A stretch of DNA of 63,966 nt, the filler included, from an uncultured bacterium (GTDB lineage: Bacteria > Auribacterota > CAZIXI01): NCBI GenBank assembly GCA_964543115.1. It is 3 parts of 3 records of this genome, joined end to end, with 100 filler letters (N's around TTAATTAATTAA, not from the genome) between each part and the next. Parts side by side here need not be neighbours in the genome. Positions count along the whole stretch, not along the records: positions 1 to 23,212 come from CAZIXI010000021.1; positions 23,313 to 46,060 come from CAZIXI010000022.1; 1 more part is not named here. One strand, given 5' to 3'. Within the stretch, counting starts at the first letter, position 1. Each line of letters starts with the position of its first letter. This document shows positions 18,041 to 26,300 of this stretch, piece after piece. The notes under the pieces are model-generated. The model searched no databases. It worked only from the letters and a program-made list of their open reading frames with translations, and was not told the origin of the DNA. Both the position numbers and the translations under genes were made by a program.

Positions 18041-18062
18041 ACAAAAAAAGGTGGTGATTGCT

Positions 18063-21000
18063 ATGAAAAAAGAACTGTTGCTTATTGTTGTGGGAATGTT
18101 GTGCTGGCTGGCCGCCGGCAATCTGCTGGCGGAAATGGAATACGTGGCGGATGAAATCCTGGTGAAGTTTAAGAGCGAAAACATTAGCACTCAGGAGTAT
18201 TCCTGTGAACAGTTAATATTTGAACTCAACGCCAGGAAGATTCGTAAATTCAACATTAATAATGTCTATCACCTGCAAATCGCTCTTTCAACGGATATCT
18301 CTTCCATTATTAATGAATTGAATTCCCGGCCGGAGATAGAATATGCCGAACCTAATTACAAGGTATACGCTTATCAAACTCCTAATGATCCCTTGTACAA
18401 TCAACTTTGGGGCCTGGAAAAGATCCAGGCGCCGGCGGCCTGGGATATCACTACCGGCAGCAGTGATATTATTGTCGCGGTTATTGATACCGGTGTTGAC
18501 TATACACACGAAGACCTGAACGGAAATATTTGGGTCAATCCCAACGAGGTAGCTAATAATGGTATTGATGACGATAAGAATGGTTATGTAGATGACATTC
18601 ATGGCTGGGACTTTCCTAACGGTGACAATGATCCTTTTGACGATAACTCCCACGGCAGTCATTGTTCCGGTACTATTGCCGGCGTAGCCAATAATGGCGT
18701 TGGCGTGGCCGGTATCTCCTGGCAGACAAAAATAATGGCCTTAAAGTTTATGACTGGTGATGGCTACGGCAGTACCAGTGATGCTATTCAGGCTATTGAA
18801 TACGCCACTAGTAACGGGGCAAAAGTATTAAGTAACAGTTGGGGCGGCCCCGGTTATTCTCAGGCCATAGCCGATGCCATTACCGCTTCACATCAAGCCG
18901 GGGCGATTTTTGTTGCCGCTGCCGGTAACGAAAGCACGGACAACGATTCCTCGCCGCTTTATCCGGCCAGCTACGATGTTGCCAATATCATTTCCGTTGC
19001 CGCCTCTGACCAAAACGATAATCTGGCCTCTTTTTCCTGTTATGGCAAAACCTCCGTTGACCTGGCCGCGCCGGGAGTTTCTATTCTAAGCAGCACTCCC
19101 GGTAACCAATATGATTCTTACGATGGTACATCTATGGCCTGCCCCCATGTAGCCGGTGCCTGCGCCCTGGTTTGGGCGGCACACCCGGAGTGGAGCAATC
19201 TAGAGGTGATTTACAGTATTCTAAATTCCGTGGACCAGGGTTCTTCATTCCAGGATAAAACAGTTACCGGCGGCCGCCTGAACGTCTACCAGGCCCTGCA
19301 GGTTGAAAATCCCACTCCTCCCGACCCTTCTCCACCTCCCGATCCAGTAGATGGACCGGTAATTTTCTTTGATGATATGGAAAACGGCGCCAATGGCTGG
19401 TCTACCATTGGCGATGATGGCTGGGGCGGAAGCGCGCTCTGGCATCAGTCACTGCGCCGTTCGGCTAGCTCAAATACCGCCTGGTACTACGGAATGGAGG
19501 CCAGTGGTAATTATGATACCTGGTCAACAAACTACGGCGCGATTATTTCGCCGGCTATTTCCCTGACAGAAAATGTCGGCGGCGGTCAATGTACCCTGAC
19601 CTTTAATCACTGGCGGGAGGTGGAAAATTATACCGAAAGCTGTGACACGACTTATATCCTGATTTCCAGTGATCAGGGTAATAACTGGGATACCGTCTGG
19701 CATAAGGATGCCACCTCGCCGTCGGCCAGTAGTTGGAAAACAGAAACAGTTTCCCTTAGTCAGTATATCGGCAGGGAAATACTTATCGCCTTCTGCTTTG
19801 ACACCCTGGACTATTATGACAATTATTATGAAGGCTGGTACATAGATGATGTGACGGTAACCGGCAGTCAGGCGGCGCCGCCGCCGCCACCGCCCACCAA
19901 CCCCGTCTCGCATACCGTCTGGTACCTGGCCGAAGGAACAACTATCGGCAGTTTTGATGAATGGATATTAATAATGAATCCCAGTAACCAAACCGCCAAT
20001 GTTTTAGTTACTTTCATGCTGGAGGACGGCAACCCCATTCAGAGAGGAATAAATATTCCCGGCACCAGCAGGTACACAATTCACGTCAACGACATCGTCC
20101 CCAACGCGGCAGTGGCCACAAAAATTGAATCCACAAATGAAATCGGGATTATTGCCGAACGTTCCATGTACTGGAACGTGGGAGATCAAACCTGGGCCGG
20201 CGGTCATAACAGTCTGGGAGTAACCGCTCCGGCAAACAGCTGGTACCTGGCAGAGGGATCTACCGCCGGTTTTGATGAATGGGTACTGCTGATGAACCCC
20301 AACAATCAACCGGCTGAAGTAGCGGTTACCTTTATGCTGCCTGACGGCAATACTGTCCGGACTGATATCACCATTGGGCCAACCAGCAGATACACCATTC
20401 ACGTTAACGATATCATCTCTCAGGCCGCGGTAGCTACTAAGGCCGAAACCACCAATGGTGTTTCACTCATCGCTGAACGATCTATGTACTGGAACACTAA
20501 TAACGAGGCCTGGGTGGATGGACATAACAGCTGCGGCGTCACCGCCGCCGCCCTCAACTGGTATCTGGCGGAAGGATCCACTGACGGTTTTGATGAATGG
20601 ATCCTGATCATGAATCCCAACAATCAACAGGCGGCAGTAGAAGTCATCTTCATGCTGCCGGATGGTAATACAAAAACAGAAAATATTACCCTGGCCCCAA
20701 CCAGCAGACACAGTATCTACGTAAACGAGATTGTTGCCAACTCTGCCGTGGCCACTAAAGTCGCGGTTTTGAACAACGTTCCCGTTATTGCCGAACGCTC
20801 CATGTATTGGCAAGGCCTGGCCGGCGGGCATAATAGTTGTGGAGTAACAGAAACCGCCGCCAGTTGGTACCTGGCGGAAGGCTGCACCGCTGGTTTTGAT
20901 GAATGGGTTCTAATTATGAATCCCCATTCCCAGGCAGCCGAGGTCACCGTCACTTTCATGCTGGAGGACGGCAGCAATATTCAGCGGGAACTAACTTTAG

Positions 21001-21173
21001 CCGGAACCAGCCGGACCTCAATCCACGTAAATGAGATTGCGCCGGATAAATCTGTGGCTACCAAGGCTGAGTCAACTAACAATATCGGCATTATCGCGGA
21101 ACGCGCCATGTACTGGAATGTAGGAAACCAAACCTGGGCCAGCGGCCACAATTCCATCGGTGTCCAGGAATAA
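18063..21173 (+). CDS. Secreted S8 subtilase + MAM/adhesin-like domain + 4 DUF5719-type repeats (paralog of the upstream gene, no M4 module)
   Basis: Signal peptide ending NLLA; triad VIDTG (18486), HGSHCSG (18651), GTSMACPH (19131); four WYLAEG repeats from 19920. The track start at 18018 lies inside the REP hairpin. Confidence 0.9.
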   Translation: MKKELLLIVVGMLCWLAAGNLLAEMEYVADEILVKFKSENISTQEYSCEQLIFELNARKIRKFNINNVYHLQIALSTDISSIINELNSRPEIEYAEPNYKVYAYQTPNDPLYNQLWGLEKIQAPAAWDITTGSSDIIVAVIDTGVDYTHEDLNGNIWVNPNEVANNGIDDDKNGYVDDIHGWDFPNGDNDPFDDNSHGSHCSGTIAGVANNGVGVAGISWQTKIMALKFMTGDGYGSTSDAIQAIEYATSNGAKVLSNSWGGPGYSQAIADAITASHQAGAIFVAAAGNESTDNDSSPLYPASYDVANIISVAASDQNDNLASFSCYGKTSVDLAAPGVSILSSTPGNQYDSYDGTSMACPHVAGACALVWAAHPEWSNLEVIYSILNSVDQGSSFQDKTVTGGRLNVYQALQVENPTPPDPSPPPDPVDGPVIFFDDMENGANGWSTIGDDGWGGSALWHQSLRRSASSNTAWYYGMEASGNYDTWSTNYGAIISPAISLTENVGGGQCTLTFNHWREVENYTESCDTTYILISSDQGNNWDTVWHKDATSPSASSWKTETVSLSQYIGREILIAFCFDTLDYYDNYYEGWYIDDVTVTGSQAAPPPPPPTNPVSHTVWYLAEGTTIGSFDEWILIMNPSNQTANVLVTFMLEDGNPIQRGINIPGTSRYTIHVNDIVPNAAVATKIESTNEIGIIAERSMYWNVGDQTWAGGHNSLGVTAPANSWYLAEGSTAGFDEWVLLMNPNNQPAEVAVTFMLPDGNTVRTDITIGPTSRYTIHVNDIISQAAVATKAETTNGVSLIAERSMYWNTNNEAWVDGHNSCGVTAAALNWYLAEGSTDGFDEWILIMNPNNQQAAVEVIFMLPDGNTKTENITLAPTSRHSIYVNEIVANSAVATKVAVLNNVPVIAERSMYWQGLAGGHNSCGVTETAASWYLAEGCTAGFDEWVLIMNPHSQAAEVTVTFMLEDGSNIQRELTLAGTSRTSIHVNEIAPDKSVATKAESTNNIGIIAERAMYWNVGNQTWASGHNSIGVQE

Positions 21174-21200
21174 TGCACACAATTCACGAAGGAGGTTTCT

Positions 21201-21226
21201 ATGAAGGAGGTCCAACCTCCTTCATG
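21201..21226. repeat. REP-like hairpin atgaaggaggt-cca-acctccttcat; may act as terminator between convergent genes
   Basis: Perfect 11-bp arms; identical 26-mer at 60372-60397; supplies the TGA stop of the minus-strand gene. Confidence 0.8.
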
Positions 21227-22994
21227 GCCTCTTCCTGATGAGGAAGAAATAGTCGATGTTTTGGTAGCCCAGGCCGGTGTAAGGCGGGGAATTCTTAAAG
21301 GTTAGTGTGTATGTGCCAGCGGAGAGATACTCCTCTCCCAGCAGAATATTCTCATAATTATAGTCAGCCAGGGTTTTTCCCCACCGGGGATCAATCGGTA
21401 GAGACCACGAGCTTTGCCCGCTTTGCTCGCTTCGTCCGTTTTGCGAGCTTCGCTCGCCATTATCCAGCCGATAACAGAGACTTGCCCGCTCGCTGTCCCG
21501 GCGCAGGCAGGCATAAAGCGCATATTCTCCTGCCTCTGGCACAATTAATTGGTAAGAAACACTCGCCTGCGGCCGCCCGGTATAATAGCCAGCCAGTGTA
21601 TTTCTTTCTCCATCCACGCTTAAGCTCCAGCCCCGGCTAGCATCATAACCAGTTTCAGCTTCTTTAAAAATGACGTCCCGGGTTAACCCTAACCTGTATA
21701 AATGAACATAGTGACTACCAAAATCAATCTGTTCCAAAGGGTAACAAAGATAAGAATCAATTTTATCCGGGAGATACTGGCTATGGCTGACATACCAGAT
21801 ATCCTTTTCATTAAACTCCTTTTTCAGCAAATCCTGCCGCTCAGCAGTTAATCTTAAATTTTTATAATAATATTTTAGACAGAATACATCCATTGTGTTA
21901 TCAACAAGAATTATTTCTCCGGGCTGAGCCCTCTGGGCAAGATACTGCGCCGCTGCCCGCCAATTATCTTTCGGCCACTGATAAAGCGCTGTTACCGCGG
22001 GCCAGTGCCCGACAGTAATCAAGACAACAAGCAAGGAAAGATAAACAGGTTTCAGCATAACAATTCCCCGGGCCAGCAACAGGCAGCAGGCCGGCAAAAG
22101 AAAGAGTAAATATCTGGTAGTAAAAAAATGTTTAATGGGCAGCAGGCTAAGAATAAGTACGGGAACGACAATCCAGCAAATGAGCATCATGGTTTCTTTC
22201 GGCTTTTTCTTCAACGAGCCAATTACACCCAATATGAATAACGCCGGATAGAGATACCAGAACAGCTTATTTTCCTGCAGGCCAAAAAGCCGCAGGGGAT
22301 TAAGCGTATCCGCCAGGCTTTGGGCCAGCAGGCTTTTCTCACCGCCAAAAATATATTTTATCCTTATCAGATAAGGTACCAGCAGCAGGGAAAAAGCGGC
22401 AATAACCAGCAGGGAAACTACCATTGCCTTTCTTTTTTTACTAAAGAGAACAAAGATCAATTCAACAGCTAAAATAAGGAAAGCAAAATAATGGGTATAA
22501 ATATTCAAACCCGTCGCAATTACAAATCCCCACCAATAACGGTTTTTGTTTTCCTTAATGGCCAGATAGCAGAAGAAAAGGGTTAGCAGCGAGAAAAAAA
22601 TAAATTGCGTATAGGCCCTAGCCTCCTGAGAGTAGTAGATGTGCGCGGGCGAGATAGCCAACAGGTAAGCACCCAGTAAACCCGCAGCGGAATTAAAAAA
22701 TGTTTTACCAACCAAATAGGTAGCCATGATTCCCAGCAGGCCAAAGATAACTGCCGGCAGCCTGATTAAGGCCGCGGAATCCCCGAAACAGCGCAGTAGA
22801 TGAACGATCAAATAATGCAGGGGCGGATTGAGACTGCCTTTATTGGCTAGAATCACCGCCAGCGATTGCGCCGAACGATGCGCGGTGATGATCTCATCAT
22901 ACCAGAGGCTATACCCTCCCAAATGATAAAGCCGCAGGCCCGCGGCCAGACAAAGAATGGCGAATAATAGAAAAAGGTCTTTTTTCTCGTTCAT
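21222..22994 (-). CDS. GT-C fold membrane glycosyltransferase (GT39/PMT-like)
   Basis: LRLYHLGGYSLWYDE, NPPLHY, RLPAVIFG, YYSQEARAY motifs; many TM helices; C-terminal soluble beta domain. Confidence 0.85.
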   Translation of the reverse strand: MNEKKDLFLLFAILCLAAGLRLYHLGGYSLWYDEIITAHRSAQSLAVILANKGSLNPPLHYLIVHLLRCFGDSAALIRLPAVIFGLLGIMATYLVGKTFFNSAAGLLGAYLLAISPAHIYYSQEARAYTQFIFFSLLTLFFCYLAIKENKNRYWWGFVIATGLNIYTHYFAFLILAVELIFVLFSKKRKAMVVSLLVIAAFSLLLVPYLIRIKYIFGGEKSLLAQSLADTLNPLRLFGLQENKLFWYLYPALFILGVIGSLKKKPKETMMLICWIVVPVLILSLLPIKHFFTTRYLLFLLPACCLLLARGIVMLKPVYLSLLVVLITVGHWPAVTALYQWPKDNWRAAAQYLAQRAQPGEIILVDNTMDVFCLKYYYKNLRLTAERQDLLKKEFNEKDIWYVSHSQYLPDKIDSYLCYPLEQIDFGSHYVHLYRLGLTRDVIFKEAETGYDASRGWSLSVDGERNTLAGYYTGRPQASVSYQLIVPEAGEYALYACLRRDSERASLCYRLDNGERSSQNGRSEQSGQSSWSLPIDPRWGKTLADYNYENILLGEEYLSAGTYTLTFKNSPPYTGLGYQNIDYFFLIRKRP

Positions 22995-23028
22995 CTGAAT
23001 GGTAATATTATATTATAAAGAAAGAATT

Positions 23029-23212
23029 ATGAAAGATATTTCAGTAATTATTCCCACTAAGAACAGACAACATATTCTACCCTTATGCCTACAGCCGGTG
23101 CTCGAACAAACCATTCCCTCACAAAGCTATGAGGTAATAGTCATTGATGACGGCAGCCGGGATGAAACAGCCAGGCTGATCAAGGAATTCCAGCGGCGTT
23201 ATCCGCAGTTAC
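23029..23212 (+). CDS. GT2-family glycosyltransferase, N-terminal fragment (truncated by gap)
   Basis: ISVIIPTKNR...YEVIVIDDGSRD motif; runs into the N spacer. Confidence 0.85.
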
Positions 23213-23312
23213 NNNNNNNNNNNNNNNNNNNNNNNNNNNNNNNNNNNNNNNNNNNNTTAATTAATTAANNNNNNNNNNNNNNNNNNNNNNNNNNNNNNNN
23301 NNNNNNNNNNNN
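23213..23312. other. Artificial contig spacer
   Basis: 44 N + TTAATTAATTAA (stops in all six frames) + 44 N. Confidence 0.97.
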
Positions 23313-23314
23313 GT

Positions 23315-26300
23315 TTAATAACAATTACGGAAGAGGATCTGGAAGAAGTGGTAGAAGAAGATGCTCAGGGTATTGTTGAAATTGCCGGGGATATGTTTTG
23401 GCGAAGAATTCGGCGCCTGCAGAGAAAACGAAAAGGCATCGCTTCTTTAGCGGCGATGATTATGTTGATGGGAGTTCTAAATATTCCGCCATTCTTTGAA
23501 AGGGATATACTACCGCTAATAAGCAATGAAATTGTTATGTTGGAAGAAAAAATAGGGACAGCCCCTATTTTACAGGAAGGGAAGAATGTCTATGGGAACA
23601 AATCCCCGGCGGAACAGCAGCGCCACAATATTGCTATTGCTTCCTACATAGGGGCAATTTCTTTGGTTTTTGCTGTACTTGTGGGATTGTTTGTGGTGGC
23701 AGGAGCGGTACTAATAAAAATAGTAACTTATCCCTTTAAGCTCCTTTGGCGCAGGCTGCGGCGCAGAAAACAACCGGAGAAGAATGAGGAGGATAAAGAT
23801 TTTGATGAAGTTGAAGAGGAATTCTTTGCTGCGGGAGAAGACCAAGAGCTATTAGATGAGAAACTAGCGACGAGCGACGAGCGACTAGCGACGAGAGACG
23901 AGCGACGAGAAACGAGTGACGAAGGTGTTGAGGTACTGGTAGAAGATGATGAGGAAGATGCTGCCCCGGGAGTAGAAGCAGGACCGGTAGTAGTAGAGGT
24001 GGAATTCACAGAGGAGCAGGATGCACGGGAAATAATTATTGAAGAACAGTATGCCGATCTTGCCGCCCTTAAAAAACGGCTGCAAAGAGAAGGGCTGATT
24101 GATGATGAAGGAGAATGGCTGGCCGAAGGGAAAACGCTGATTGTTGCTGCGAATATTTTTGACTGGACGGCCTGTGATCTGAGCGATTCGCTGGAGATGT
24201 TCTGGTTTTTGCGTCAGTTGCGGGAAAAGGCGGAGGCGAAAGGAGGAAGTATAAGCAGATCAATCAGTGCCAGAGAGCTGGATATTTTAAAAATATTCAA
24301 GCAGGAAAACAGACGGTTGCTGTTTCTCTACTACGATTGGCCGGAAACGAAAAAAGTGCGGGAGGCATTTGACTATTCTGAGGTTGAGTTTAGAAGATTG
24401 TGTGAAAGGATAGAGGCCAATCATCAAGATATGGATCAAGATATGCCGGAGAATATAGGCGATATCCCGATCAGGCTGGTAGCCGGTTACCATGCCTTAA
24501 AGGAGTTCTGTGATGCTGTGGCGGCTGATTTGCAAGCGGGGAAACCACAATTGCCTGAGGGACGAAAAATGAAGGATGAAGCAGATGAGCTCGCCCCGGT
24601 AAAAGAAGCAATTATCGCCAGCGGTCTTGTTGGCAGAGAAGACTGGAAAGAAGATAAATGGTCGATACAGAAGGAGGCGGCACGGCTAATGCTGCACGGA
24701 GATATGACTGATCTGCCCACTTCTGCCGGCAAGACATTTATGTTTATCGCCCTGGCTTATCTGAGGTATCGATCATTGTACAAGTCAATCAATAATGAGA
24801 AGATCATCATTCATACCGAAGGCACCCTGGTGGAAAGAGACGCGAAAACAGCCAGAGGGATTTTTGACCAGCTGGGAATGACTGCTGGTTATGTGGTTAA
24901 CCGGAATAAGAAAAGAACGGCTTTTCTCAGTGATGGACAAGGGGGATTCCGGGAAGTAACGGAGCAAAAGCTTTACGAGCAGGCAGATGTTGTCTATGTT
25001 AATATTCATGATTTTGTGCACCGGCTGCAGGACGATATGTTTACCTCACGCCAGCCGGAAGAGGTGGCCCTCAGGCGCGGTGAAAGAAAGTATTTCCTGG
25101 CTTTTGACGAGGGAGATATTCCGCTTAAACATCACCTGTTTACCCCCTGCGTGATTTCCGACAGTAACGCCCTGGGAGATGCCCAGGCAAAGAAACGCGC
25201 ACAAGAAAGATTATTAATGCAGCAGAGGGTGGATGGAATTGTTAAGGAAGAAAAGAAACTGCTTTTTAAGGCTGGAGGCAAATGGGATATTAACGAGGAT
25301 TATTGTGTGCGCAATGATTCAGCAGGCAGTATCAGCCTGAATAAAAGAGGTGAGGCCTGGCTGAGAGAAAAGGTGGGAAGAATAGCCGCCTTTAAGCAGG
25401 ACAGGGGCCAGTCTATGGGGATTGGCGATTTTTCCCTGTGGCGGGAATATGTGGAATTAGCTCTGCAGGCCTATGTGTTTTATCAAAAAAATATTGATTA
25501 TGCTGTTTCGAGTAATGAAATTGAGATTCTTTGCGATACCACCGGCCGGCGCCTTGCCGGCAGGCGCTGGAGTTATGGTTTGGATACGGCGGTGAGGATT
25601 AAAGAAAGACAGAAACCGGAGCCTGATTCTATGATTATTGCCTCAATGATGCTGCCGGAGGTGCTGGATCCGGCCCTTGGTTTAGTAAGCGATTTCACCG
25701 CGGCCAGTGCCACCATGGATGCTGTGTTTATGCAAAGAATGTATGGTAAAAAAGTTAAAACGCCTGGTAAGAAGACAGGCACTATTTCTCACAGACGTGA
25801 CCGGGCCGATCTGTTCCAAACAAAAGAAAAATCCTGGCAGGCGGCGCTATCTATGGCGCTTAATGTTCATCGGGGACAGGTAATGGATATTGTGCAAAGG
25901 GGATCGCTATTGGTACGGGTAGAATCAGATGCTGATGCCCAGCGGATGGTGGATAATCTGCAGGCCGGTTGCGGTGCAAAAACAGTAGTAGTAGAATCCA
26001 GCAATGATCTTCATCTGCAGGAAGACCGGATCATGCTGCCGGGAATTGACAGTATCATTATTAAATTTACTTCAGAAAACTTTGCTGATTTAAAAGAATG
26101 TGTAGAGGCGGCTGCTAAAGATCCCCGGGTAATTATCGTTTCCACTAATCTTGGCGGGCGCGGAGTTGATTTTAAGGGTAATAATATGGCGGCGGTTTCC
26201 ACTTATTGTGACGCACTGGAGGCCACGGATACGCAGTTCCGGGGACGGGTGGCGCGTAACGGTAAGGTTGGCTATTGGTACGGGTTCTGGTCATTGGAAG

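Noticed and set aside
18018..18062. Longer N-terminus for the second subtilase, and similar extensions at 12766, 12645, 3769 and 61394
   Set aside because: These starts fall inside repeats or promoters; downstream ATGs have better RBS or signal-peptide context.
16735..21170. Regularly spaced DNA repeats (tggtacctggc..., atgtactgg) as a possible CRISPR array
   Set aside because: Spacing is ~315 bp, repeats are in frame and degenerate at third positions, and no cas genes are present; they are protein repeats.
21201..21356. Small + strand ORF starting in the REP after AGGAGGT
   Set aside because: Antisense to the GT39 C-terminus, derived from repeat sequence, with no recognisable features.
23257..23268. 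TTAATTAATTAA palindrome and the ORF ends reading ...XXXLIN
   Set aside because: Synthetic linker. The stop ending the giant ORF at 46108 and the GT2 end at 23268 are artefacts.
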